Of a DNA stretch of 56,408 nucleotides, positions 26,182 through 34,985 are shown piece by piece. The stretch's first letter is position 1. Each line of letters starts with the position of its first letter. The notes beneath the pieces were generated by a model. The model made no database searches, had not been told where the DNA came from, and was given only the letters and a program-made list of their open reading frames with translations. Source of the DNA: Candidatus Pacearchaeota archaeon CG_4_10_14_0_2_um_filter_35_33 (GTDB taxonomy: Archaea > Nanobdellota > Nanobdellia > Pacearchaeales > GW2011-AR1); NCBI GenBank assembly GCA_002792635.1, contig PFOR01000013.1, positions 1 through 56,408 of the forward strand, written 5' to 3'. A program made the translations under genes and the position numbers.

Positions 26182-27141
26182 TTATTTCCTCCTTCCCTTA
26201 AATGCTTTAGAAATTGATTTTCCCTTACCACTTGAAGGTTTCTTTCCTTTCTTGGGCTTCTCCCTCTTCACGACTTTTGACTTTGGCTTCTTAGATTTTT
26301 TAATTTTCATTACAGGTTTTTTCTTTCCTGTTTTTTTAACACCCTTCTTTCCCTTCTTAGGCTCTTTCCTTCCCGTCTTCTTTCCTGTTTTTTTAGAGGA
26401 CCCCTCCATCTCTCTTTCCCTTTTCTTTCTTCTAGCAGCCCTTTCTGCTTTCTTTTTCTTTTCCTCTCGCTTTAGCTTCCTCATGACTGCAGCATCTTCT
26501 TTCTTAACCATCTTATCAAATTCCTCATTAGCAATATCTAAATCTTTCTTTAACTTGTCTATTTCTTGTCTAATTTGACCTAAAACTTCTTCATTGTCCT
26601 TAAGATGCAAAACATCTCCGCATTCAGGACATGCAAAATAATTATGTAATGCATCTTCCTCTGAAAACTCGACATCACAATTAGGACAATGATAAAATCT
26701 CGCCTCTTTTCTAATTTCAAAAGCCCTTTCCAGCTCTTTTATTCTCTTCTCTAACAATGTTTTCAAATTCTCTAAAGACCTTGTGGTTTCAAAAGTCCAA
26801 AAATAAGTGTACCATCCCCCATTTTTCTTATCCTTTTTTCTAACAAAACTAACCAATCCTTCATCCGAAAGCTTATACAACAAGTTCCTAGTTTGGTTTA
26901 TAGTAATCTTTAACTTCTCAGCTATAGTAAATTCATTAACATTTTTCTTACCAAATAAAATATCGACAATAGTTACAGCATCCTCTCCAACACTGGACTG
27001 CACAACATCTCTGACTAAATTTATCTGAACAGAATCTGGACTTTTCTTACTCGTCTTAGTTCCATTATCAATCCTCTTGTTCTTCTTCACGACTTTTGAC
27101 CTTGATTTTTTAACTTTTTTTATAGATTTCCTAGGGGGCAT
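26182..27141 (-). CDS. tfe: Transcription factor E alpha (TFE) with Lys-rich N- and C-terminal extensions
   Basis: Winged helix FTIAEKLKITINQTRNLLYKLSDEGLVSF..GWYTYFW. Zinc ribbon CPNC-x17-CPEC. About 90-aa KKxGKK tail. Confidence 0.8.
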   Translation of the reverse strand: MPPRKSIKKVKKSRSKVVKKNKRIDNGTKTSKKSPDSVQINLVRDVVQSSVGEDAVTIVDILFGKKNVNEFTIAEKLKITINQTRNLLYKLSDEGLVSFVRKKDKKNGGWYTYFWTFETTRSLENLKTLLEKRIKELERAFEIRKEARFYHCPNCDVEFSEEDALHNYFACPECGDVLHLKDNEEVLGQIRQEIDKLKKDLDIANEEFDKMVKKEDAAVMRKLKREEKKKKAERAARRKKREREMEGSSKKTGKKTGRKEPKKGKKGVKKTGKKKPVMKIKKSKKPKSKVVKREKPKKGKKPSSGKGKSISKAFKGRRK

Positions 27142-27254
27142 AACTACCTATTAAAAACACCAAATAAAAACCTTTCGCCTGTCAGCTTTAGACATATCTT
27201 TCGCAACATATATAAACCAAATTAACCAAATGAGAGTATACTAAAGAGGGAAAA

Positions 27255-27806
27255 ATGTTATTCAAGAAAAAAGAGGACAATGCTGGAAAATTACCTGACT
27301 TGCCTCCTGCACCCAACTCCAGAATCAACATGCCTCCAATAAGACCACTCAATGAAAAAAGAGAGGCCATGCCAGAGGTTCCTCCTGTAAAACCCTATCC
27401 TGCACAAAAAATAAAAGAAGGGTTTCAACCATCTATTAAACCAAATCTTCCTCCCTTGCCTGAGTTTAAAGATGACAGGCCAATATCAGAAGTAGGAAAG
27501 ATACCTAATTTCCCTGAAAAACCAGAGCCTGAGGTTATACCTGCCCAAGTTTCTTTACCTTCCTCATATGAACAGGAACCGAAGACAAAAGGACCCATTT
27601 TCATAAAACTAGAAAAATTCAAATCGGCTAAAAATTCAATAGATAAAATACAAGAGAAGCTAGAAGAAATCGATGAACTCCTAAAGAAAACCAGAGAAAT
27701 AAGAACAAAAGAAGAACAAGAGTTATCGTACTGGGAAAAAGAAGTACAAGACTTAAAGCTTAGATTGGAAAGAGTAAACAACAGCATATTTGAAAAAGTA
27801 GAATGA
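27255..27806 (+). CDS. Pro-rich / coiled-coil protein, unknown function
   Basis: N-terminal LPDLPPAPN..PPLPEF repeats, C-terminal heptad-like KIQEKLEEIDELLKKTREIRTKEEQEL. Confidence 0.45.
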   Translation: MLFKKKEDNAGKLPDLPPAPNSRINMPPIRPLNEKREAMPEVPPVKPYPAQKIKEGFQPSIKPNLPPLPEFKDDRPISEVGKIPNFPEKPEPEVIPAQVSLPSSYEQEPKTKGPIFIKLEKFKSAKNSIDKIQEKLEEIDELLKKTREIRTKEEQELSYWEKEVQDLKLRLERVNNSIFEKVE

Positions 27807-28129
27807 CATCTGAATACGTAAAACTAAATCGTTCTGAAAAGATAATGGGGCAAAAAGACCTTTTAAACTGTGAAGTGCTTCTCCTAGATTCTATTAAAAG
27901 GATGCAAAACTATAAGGAACTTCGAAAAGAAGAGTTGGCTGCTAAAATTGTGCTCAAGAAAAAAGCAAATGAGGCCGTAGACGAAATAAAGGTATTAGAA
28001 AAAGTGCTACCAAAGACAAAAGATACAAAAGATGAAGAAGAGCCAAAAAAGAAAACGTCAACAGAGAGGCGCCAAGATTTAGAATTAGAAATCGATGAAA
28101 TAATGCGAAAAATCGAAACTCTAAAGTAA
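27803..28129 (+). CDS. Coiled-coil protein, unknown function
   Basis: ATGA overlap with the previous gene; heptad-rich sequence. Confidence 0.45.
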   Translation: MTSEYVKLNRSEKIMGQKDLLNCEVLLLDSIKRMQNYKELRKEELAAKIVLKKKANEAVDEIKVLEKVLPKTKDTKDEEEPKKKTSTERRQDLELEIDEIMRKIETLK

Positions 28130-28163
28130 ACAAATTTAAAACCTCTAAATATCTAGGATATTA

Positions 28164-29933
28164 ATGGAAAGAAAAGAATTAATCAAGAAATATCTGGATT
28201 TTTTCAAATCAAAAAAGCACAAGGAAATTCCAAATGCTTCATTAATCCCGGTAAATGATCCTACTGTATTATTCACAACAGCTGGAATGCACCCTCTTGT
28301 TCCTTACCTAACGGGAAACAAACACCCATTAGGAAAAAGACTTGTTAATGTTCAAAGATGCATCAGAACAGGAGATATAGATGAAGTCGGAGACCCAGTA
28401 CACCATACTTTTTTTGAGATGCTCGGAAACTGGTCTTTGGGAGATTACTGGAAAGATGAGGCAATAAAATACACTTTCGAATTCCTAACTAAAATTCTTA
28501 AAATGCCAAAGGAAAAACTAGCAGTCTCTTGTTTTAAAGGAGATAAAACTGCTCCAAAAGACGAAGAATCTGCAAAGATATGGGCATCTCTCGGAATAGC
28601 AGAATCCCGAATCGCATTTCTTGGAAAAGAAGACAATTGGTGGGGCCCAGCAGGAAAAACAGGCCCATGCGGTCCAGATACAGAAGTTTACTATTGGACA
28701 GCTTCAGGACCAGCTCCAAAATCATTTAATCCTGAAAACAAAAATTGGATGGAAATAGGTAACGATGTATTAATGCAATACAACAAAGCTTCAGAAACCG
28801 AATATTTAGAGTTAGAACAAAAAAATGTCGATTTCGGAGGCGGTTTAGAAAGAACACTTGCCATACTCAACAAATTAGATGATAATTATCTTTCCCCCAT
28901 ATTTTATCCAATAATAAAAGAAATTGAAAGACATTCCTCAAAGAAATACGACAACACACTCTATACTGCCTCGATGAGAATTATTGCAGATCACATCAAA
29001 GCAGCAGTTATGATTCTTGCTTCTGGATTCATCAAGCCCAATAATGTAGAACAAGGATACGTCTTGAGAAGATTAATTAGAAGAGCAATAAGTCATGGGA
29101 AAAAACTTGGAATCGAAGAAAACTTTACAGCCAAACTGGTTCCAACAATCCTTTCAATCTATCCTGATTACCCTGAATTAAATAAAAATAAAAATTTTAT
29201 TATAACCCAATTAGATGAAGAAGAAAATAAGTTCCGTAAAACATTAGAAAGGGCATTACGTGAATATAAAAAATTTGCAAAAAATAAAAAGATATCTGGA
29301 AAAGAAGGCTTCCTCTTATTCCAAAGTTATGGGCTCCCAATAGAAATGACAGAAGAACTGGCTAAAAACGACAAGGTGACATACGATGCTAGCACATCTT
29401 ACGCATTATTAACCAAACATCAAGCACTATCAAGAACACAGTCTGCAGGAACTTTTAAATCCGGCTTAGCAGACCACTCAGAACAAACAACCAAATTACA
29501 CACAGCCACTCATTTATTAAACGCAGCACTTAGAAGAGTCCTCGGTCCTGAAGTAAAACAACGCGGCTCTAACATAACTCCTGAAAGATTAAGGTTTGAT
29601 TTCAATTTCCCAAGAAAAATGACAGAAGATGAAATAAAAAAAGTTGAAAATCTCGTCAATAAAAAAATATCTCAATCTCTAACAGTCAAAAGAGAAGAAA
29701 TGACTCTAAAAAAGGCCCTAAAAGAAAAAGCTCAGGCAGAATTCGGAGCCAAATATCCGAACAAGGTATCTGTTTACACTATTTTGGATAAAACTGAAAA
29801 ATCTGGCTTTTTCTCTAAAGAAATTTGCACTGGTCCTCATGTATCAAACACAAAAGAAATCGGAACATTTAAAATACTCAAAGAACAATCATCATCAGCA
29901 GGTATAAGGAGGATAAAGGCGGTTATAAAATGA
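28164..29933 (+). CDS. alaS: Alanyl-tRNA synthetase, short bacterial-type (no C-Ala domain)
   Basis: DPTVLFTTAGMHPLVPYL, QRCIRTGDIDEVGD..HHTFFEMLGNWSLGDYWK, editing HTATHLLNAAL and CTGPHV. Confidence 0.9.
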   Translation: MERKELIKKYLDFFKSKKHKEIPNASLIPVNDPTVLFTTAGMHPLVPYLTGNKHPLGKRLVNVQRCIRTGDIDEVGDPVHHTFFEMLGNWSLGDYWKDEAIKYTFEFLTKILKMPKEKLAVSCFKGDKTAPKDEESAKIWASLGIAESRIAFLGKEDNWWGPAGKTGPCGPDTEVYYWTASGPAPKSFNPENKNWMEIGNDVLMQYNKASETEYLELEQKNVDFGGGLERTLAILNKLDDNYLSPIFYPIIKEIERHSSKKYDNTLYTASMRIIADHIKAAVMILASGFIKPNNVEQGYVLRRLIRRAISHGKKLGIEENFTAKLVPTILSIYPDYPELNKNKNFIITQLDEEENKFRKTLERALREYKKFAKNKKISGKEGFLLFQSYGLPIEMTEELAKNDKVTYDASTSYALLTKHQALSRTQSAGTFKSGLADHSEQTTKLHTATHLLNAALRRVLGPEVKQRGSNITPERLRFDFNFPRKMTEDEIKKVENLVNKKISQSLTVKREEMTLKKALKEKAQAEFGAKYPNKVSVYTILDKTEKSGFFSKEICTGPHVSNTKEIGTFKILKEQSSSAGIRRIKAVIK

Positions 29934-30067
29934 GCGAAGATTCATGTATTTTTCCAAAGTGTCCAAAATGCAACGAAGGATATCTATTACCCTTTTCATT
30001 CAAAGAAGATGTCTTTGAAAAATGGATGTGCACTAAATGTGAACACTTGATTAGAAAACCTAGATAA
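29930..30067 (+). CDS. 45-aa zinc-ribbon protein (below the ORF-track cutoff)
   Basis: ATGA overlap with the alaS stop. MSEDSCIFPKCPKCNEGYLLPF..WMCTKCEHLIRKPR carries CPKC and CTKC pairs. Confidence 0.5.
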   Translation: MSEDSCIFPKCPKCNEGYLLPFSFKEDVFEKWMCTKCEHLIRKPR

Positions 30068-30070
30068 ATT

Positions 30071-30850
30071 CTAACTTACACTAATATACAACCCGAGAGC
30101 AATAGCGAGAAGCATACAATACAGGCCAAACCATGCTAAATTCTTTCGGGAAACAAGAAGATAATTGAAGATTAAGTGGATACTAAGAATCCCAACAACA
30201 AAACTAACAACTGTAGCCCAAATCAACTCAGGAGGGATTGAACTATTTCCAATAGTCAAAACATTAGCGCCGAAAACAACTGGAATTGAAAGTAAAAACG
30301 CAAATTTCATAGCAGCCTTTTCATCTAAACCCATCATAATACCACCTGAAATTGTAGACCCTGATCTAGAAATTCCTGGAATTATTGCCATTGCCTGAGC
30401 AACACCTATAAAAAAAGCACCTTTCCAGCCCAATTTTTCTATTTTAACATTTCCAGGAACACTAGCAATAAATAAAAACAATCCGGAAAGACCAAACCCT
30501 AAAGCCAGCAAACCCAGATTAGTCAAAACCGCATCAAAATAATCTCGAGCGAAATAACCTACAAAAAAAACAGGAATAGAAGCAACAATCAATAACAAAC
30601 CCAATCGCCCATTTTCGCTCTTAAATTTGCCCTTTAACAAATCCTCTATTATATCAACAATATCTTTCCCAAAATAAACAAAAACAGCCATTAATGTTCC
30701 AAAATGCAAGGCAACATCGAAAGTCAAACCCCCATCATATCCCAGAATAGCCTCAAATAAGACCAAATGCCCTGAACTTGAGACTGGCACCCACTCAGTA
30801 ATCCCTTGTATAACGGCTAAAATCACAGCCGAGATTATTTCATTCATCAA
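30071..30850 (-). CDS. uppP: Undecaprenyl-diphosphatase (UppP/BacA)
   Basis: QGITEWVPVSSSGHLVL, IIPGISRSGSTISGG; about 8 TM helices. Confidence 0.9.
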   Translation of the reverse strand: MMNEIISAVILAVIQGITEWVPVSSSGHLVLFEAILGYDGGLTFDVALHFGTLMAVFVYFGKDIVDIIEDLLKGKFKSENGRLGLLLIVASIPVFFVGYFARDYFDAVLTNLGLLALGFGLSGLFLFIASVPGNVKIEKLGWKGAFFIGVAQAMAIIPGISRSGSTISGGIMMGLDEKAAMKFAFLLSIPVVFGANVLTIGNSSIPPELIWATVVSFVVGILSIHLIFNYLLVSRKNLAWFGLYCMLLAIALGLYISVS

Positions 30851-30887
30851 ATCCGCAGTTAAAAGTCATTAATAAATTATATTATAC

Positions 30888-31109
30888 TCAATCCATATTC
30901 TCCCACATTAATTCCAATTCTTCCTCCTCTTCCCCACTAATATTCTCAGTCTTCCCAGTCATCTTAGAAAACAAAGAAATAACCCGACATTTCCAGCAGA
31001 GCGGTTCTGCCAATCCATCCTCGCTCCAGTCAAACCCTGCCAGGTCATACTTCAAATCAAACAATCTTTTACATTTCAAACACCGTTCCGGTACAAGCAA
31101 ACTTTCCAT
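30888..31109 (-). CDS. Small zinc-ribbon protein with acidic tail
   Basis: CLKC..(29)..CWKC cysteine pairs. Confidence 0.45.
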   Translation of the reverse strand: MESLLVPERCLKCKRLFDLKYDLAGFDWSEDGLAEPLCWKCRVISLFSKMTGKTENISGEEEEELELMWENMD

Positions 31110-31227
31110 ACTATATAATGTGGTTTCTAATATATATACAAATAACTGCCTCTAAAACATCTTTCTTGGAACAATTCACCTTAAATAGAATAGCATTTTA
31201 CAATAACAAAGCAGATGATGTCGCAGA

Positions 31228-32460
31228 TTAGGTTGTTTTAGCCATTTTTATCTCTCCTGTCGCTTTCGGTTGTTTAATTGAGTTTAACAGTATAGTTTCC
31301 CATCTGTTTCCATTAACTCCTATCCCACATCTTTCAGCGGGTGTCATTTTATCCTTAACTCCTTTTCTTACGAAGTTATGGAATACTTTAAAGCCATCAG
31401 CGTAAGTTTGAGTTTCATTAATACCTCTCCTTATTTTCTCAAATTCTTTCTGATGAGTGTGGTGGTTTTCTATTGCGTTATTGTTAATTTGTTTTCTTCT
31501 GCCTAAAATTGAAGTATGCTTTACTTTTCTCTCATTACCCCAATTCCTAAATGTCTTTCTTATTCCATCTTGATATGATGGAAGTTTATCAGTTATGATT
31601 TGATAAGGTATTTTTCCATTTTGCCTATATGCTTCTGTCATAACTTTTTGAGCATCTTTCTTGCTTCTTGTATGTCCAGACACTTCCGAAGCTAAAAGGA
31701 ATTGTGTGCCTTTGTCCATTACATTCCATTTATATTCGTAATCTGCTCCTACTTTTCTATTTCCTTTTTTTGTTCTTACCATAGTTTCATCAGCGTGCCA
31801 GATATTAGTTACATTCTTTGGTTGGATTGTCTTGCTGTATTTTTCCATAACTTTAACAAATCTTAAAACCCATCTCCTTATTGTTTCATGGTGTAAATCC
31901 AAACCATAAAATTGCTTAAATTGGTCTGCTATATCTCTATAAGATAATCCTTTGTAATAACAATCCATAGCTAAACAAACAAGTTTAGCATTTCCTTTTA
32001 TGTTTTTAATTGGGCTTAAAACGAATTTCTTTTGGCAATCTTTACAATTAAATCTCTGCTTTTCTCCAATTTGGGTTTTTCTTGTTCCAAACTTAATTAT
32101 ATTTTTAGAAGAACAATAAGGGCAACAATCATTAAGAGGTTTTTCTATTATTAGCTCTATTTCTGGCTTAATCTTTTCCTCAACTTCGTAAGAAGTTTTT
32201 AGTTTCTCAAAAAGAAGTATGGCTTTAATATGTTTGCAGTATAATCCTTTTCCTTTACATCTTCTTTCAAAATCTTGACATTCACAAGAATAAGCGTCTA
32301 TGTGAGTAACCTTATATTTTTTTGAGCTATCAAACTGCGAAGGCACTAAATAAGTAAATTCATCTAAAAGCTGTGGCTCTCCTTTTTGTAAGATAGCTTC
32401 AGCTCTCTTGCTTCTCTTGTCTGCAAATTCTCTTATTTGGTTTTGGTCTGTTTGTATCAT
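31228..32460 (-). CDS. DDE transposase (IS6/IS240-like catalytic region) with N-terminal SWIM finger and IS1/IS1595-like zinc ribbon
   Basis: SWIM YSCECQDFERRCKGKGLYCKHIKAI. CPYC..RFNCKDC ribbon. WHADETMV.., ITDKLPSYQDGI, NNNAIENHHTHQKEFEKIRRG. Confidence 0.8.
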   Translation of the reverse strand: MIQTDQNQIREFADKRSKRAEAILQKGEPQLLDEFTYLVPSQFDSSKKYKVTHIDAYSCECQDFERRCKGKGLYCKHIKAILLFEKLKTSYEVEEKIKPEIELIIEKPLNDCCPYCSSKNIIKFGTRKTQIGEKQRFNCKDCQKKFVLSPIKNIKGNAKLVCLAMDCYYKGLSYRDIADQFKQFYGLDLHHETIRRWVLRFVKVMEKYSKTIQPKNVTNIWHADETMVRTKKGNRKVGADYEYKWNVMDKGTQFLLASEVSGHTRSKKDAQKVMTEAYRQNGKIPYQIITDKLPSYQDGIRKTFRNWGNERKVKHTSILGRRKQINNNAIENHHTHQKEFEKIRRGINETQTYADGFKVFHNFVRKGVKDKMTPAERCGIGVNGNRWETILLNSIKQPKATGEIKMAKTT

Positions 32461-32563
32461 TTTATTGTATTAGTTATTTACTAATTATATTAGTATATGG
32501 TTATATATAAACCTTTCGGTTTTTTCTGGAAACCTTTAAATATATGGATACCTATGGATACCC
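32461..32563. promoter_or_regulatory. Divergent promoter region inside the transposon, with tandem tatggatacc x2
   Basis: Minus-strand aaaggtttatatata (32502..32519). Plus-strand ggaaacctttaaatatat (32528..32545). 10-nt direct repeat 32543..32562 abuts ATG 32564. Confidence 0.45.
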
Positions 32564-32752
32564 ATGATAAATGTAAATACGACGACAGCAAAAAAACTTA
32601 TCTTAGAAAGTGGATATGAAAAGATTTATACCGACGAGGTTAAAACAAATGGTGGTAATTCTGGGAAGATTGGATGTAAAAAAGAGTTTATCGGCAGAGA
32701 AGTTGTTATTTTTGTTCTAAAAGAAAGAGGAGATAAAAAAGATGGAAAGTGA
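32564..32752 (+). CDS. Small AbrB/SpoVT-like protein resembling DUF2080 (archaeal transposon-encoded protein)
   Basis: GYEKIYTDEVKTNGGNSGKIGCKKEFIGREVVIFV matches the remembered DUF2080 pattern (..GNSG.v.lPk.w.Gk.V.v). Confidence 0.45.
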   Translation: MINVNTTTAKKLILESGYEKIYTDEVKTNGGNSGKIGCKKEFIGREVVIFVLKERGDKKDGK

Positions 32753-32957
32753 ATTAAGATTAGCCATAAAATTATTTGAAGAAAAAGTTAATAATACCGA
32801 AGAAGAATATAAAAAAAGATGTAATGGAAATTTTGATAAGGAAAAGATGAGGCGATATGTTAATAGGAAACTCAAAAAAGAGATTATGATACTTAATTAT
32901 GTTAATCTTTTTCCTTCTGCTCGTGCTATAACTTTAACCAAAAAGTTTAAATACTAA
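32742..32957 (+). CDS. Hypothetical basic coiled-coil protein
   Basis: ORF overlapping the previous gene by 11 nt. Confidence 0.35.
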   Translation: MESELRLAIKLFEEKVNNTEEEYKKRCNGNFDKEKMRRYVNRKLKKEIMILNYVNLFPSARAITLTKKFKY

Positions 32958-32969
32958 TTATCTTTCCTA

Positions 32970-33230
32970 TTGACTAATATGGTTAATCCAATTCCAAAAT
33001 GGGTGTGGAAGCGTTACGCTTTGCTATGGAAAAAGTTTGGTGATAAAAACTTTACTTTTGAACAGGCGAAGAAAGAATTAAAATTTGTAGATGGAAATGT
33101 AGTAAGCGTTATGTTTAATGAATTAAAAAATGCGGGATGGATTGCTGTTAATCTTGACGAGAAAGATAGCAGGAAAAGAGTTTATAATTTATTAAATCCT
33201 ATAACTATCGTGGAGAGTGTTACCAAATGA
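32970..33230 (+). CDS. Small winged-helix DNA-binding protein (possible controller of the R-M genes)
   Basis: FTFEQAKKELKFVDGNVVSVMFNELKNAGWIAVNLDEKDSRKRVYNLLNP. ATG at 32979 is the more likely start. Confidence 0.5.
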   Translation: MTNMVNPIPKWVWKRYALLWKKFGDKNFTFEQAKKELKFVDGNVVSVMFNELKNAGWIAVNLDEKDSRKRVYNLLNPITIVESVTK

Positions 33231-33278
33231 TTTTAAGACCAACAAAAACAGAACATGCAGACATCTGGAGTTATCTAA

Positions 33279-34985
33279 ATGGCAAAACCAAATTATACTA
33301 ATTGGAATAAAGAAGATTTGATTAAAGAAGTTGAAGCATTAAAGAAACAAAAGACTTTTGGATTGGTTTGGGAGAGAGATAAAACAAAAGAGGTTTTTGA
33401 TTATTATCTTAATTGGGATGGAACACAAAATAAAGAAACTTTTGGAGAAGAAGAGGGAAAATTTCCTGTATTGCAAGAAGTTAAAACCAAATCAATAGAC
33501 AACCAAGACCCAAAATATAATATTATGATTGAAGGAGATAACTACCATGCTCTTGCTGTTCTAAATTTCACACATAACAAAGCAATAGATGTTATCTACA
33601 TAGACCCACCTTATAACACAGGTGCGAGAAATTGGAAATATAATAATGATTATGTTGATAAAGAAGACGCTTACAGACATAGCAAATGGTTAAATTTTAT
33701 GGAGAAGAGATTAAAGATTGCTAAAAATCTCTTAAAAAAAGATGGTGTATTAATCTGTGCTATTGATGAGAATGAGTTATGGAGATTAGGTTGTTTGCTT
33801 GAAGAAGTTTTTTTTGATTATGAAACTCATTTAGTAACAATAGTCCATAACCCCAAAGGAGTTCAAGGTAAAAATTTTTCATATACTAATGAATTTGCTT
33901 TTTTTGTTGTTCCCAGAGGACAGAAAGTTATAGGTAATAGAAAGTTAAGAGAAGATGAGATATATTGGAGTAATTTGAGAAATTGGGGTGGCGAATCACT
34001 AAGGACAGACGCAAGAAATTGTTTTTATCCTATAATTGTTAAGGGAGATAAAATTGTTGGATTTGGTGATGTTCCTAAGAATGATTTTCATCCAAAAGCA
34101 CAAACAGAGAAAAAGGGAGATTTATATCACATCTATCCTATAGACATACAAGGAGTAGAGAGAAAATGGAGATATGCTCGTCAGAGTGTAGAATCTATAA
34201 AAGATTTCTTAAAAGTTAGAAAATCTAAAGATAGAATAGAAATTGAGATAGGAAAAGATTTTGGAACTGTTAGAACTGTCTGGCAAGATGCCAAATATGA
34301 CGCTTCCGAATATGGCACTAAATTAGTAAATGCTTTAGTTCCTAATGGAAATTTTGATTTTCCAAAATCTGTTTATGCTGTTTTTGATTGCATTTATCCA
34401 ATAATCTCGGAAAGAAAAAATGCAGTTGTTCTTGATTATTTTGCTGGGTCAGGAACAACAGGACACGCCACTATGATGTTAAACAAACAAGATGGTGGAA
34501 ATAGAAAGTTTATACTTTGCACTAATAACGAAAACAAAATATCGGAAGAGGTTTGCTATCCAAGAATAAAAGCCGTAATAAAAGGAAATGAAAAATACCA
34601 AGACATCACAGGAATAAAAGACAATTTCAAATATTTTAAAACAGATTTCGTTGATTCCGCACCAACAGACCAGAACAAAAAGAAAATAGTAGATAAATCC
34701 ACAGAAATGTTATGTATTAAGGAGAATGCCTTTAAACCAATTATTGACAAGAAGGGATATAAAGTTTTCAAAAATTCAGACATCCATTTAGGAATTATTT
34801 TTGATGATGAACAGATAGATAAATTTGTTAAAGAAGCAAAAAGCATTAAAGGAAAATTCCATGTTTATGTTTTCTCTTTTGATGACAGCGTTCCAAAAGA
34901 AGAATTTAAAATTATGGAGGGAAGAATTAAATTATGTCCTATTCCAGAGGTTATACTTCATGTTTATAGGAAAATTTTCAAATGA
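33279..34985 (+). CDS. mod: Type III R-M DNA methyltransferase (Mod), beta-class N6A/N4C
   Basis: IDVIYIDPPYNTG (motif IV) precedes VLDYFAGSGTTGHA (motif I). Size and order typical of type III Mod. Confidence 0.9.
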   Translation: MAKPNYTNWNKEDLIKEVEALKKQKTFGLVWERDKTKEVFDYYLNWDGTQNKETFGEEEGKFPVLQEVKTKSIDNQDPKYNIMIEGDNYHALAVLNFTHNKAIDVIYIDPPYNTGARNWKYNNDYVDKEDAYRHSKWLNFMEKRLKIAKNLLKKDGVLICAIDENELWRLGCLLEEVFFDYETHLVTIVHNPKGVQGKNFSYTNEFAFFVVPRGQKVIGNRKLREDEIYWSNLRNWGGESLRTDARNCFYPIIVKGDKIVGFGDVPKNDFHPKAQTEKKGDLYHIYPIDIQGVERKWRYARQSVESIKDFLKVRKSKDRIEIEIGKDFGTVRTVWQDAKYDASEYGTKLVNALVPNGNFDFPKSVYAVFDCIYPIISERKNAVVLDYFAGSGTTGHATMMLNKQDGGNRKFILCTNNENKISEEVCYPRIKAVIKGNEKYQDITGIKDNFKYFKTDFVDSAPTDQNKKKIVDKSTEMLCIKENAFKPIIDKKGYKVFKNSDIHLGIIFDDEQIDKFVKEAKSIKGKFHVYVFSFDDSVPKEEFKIMEGRIKLCPIPEVILHVYRKIFK

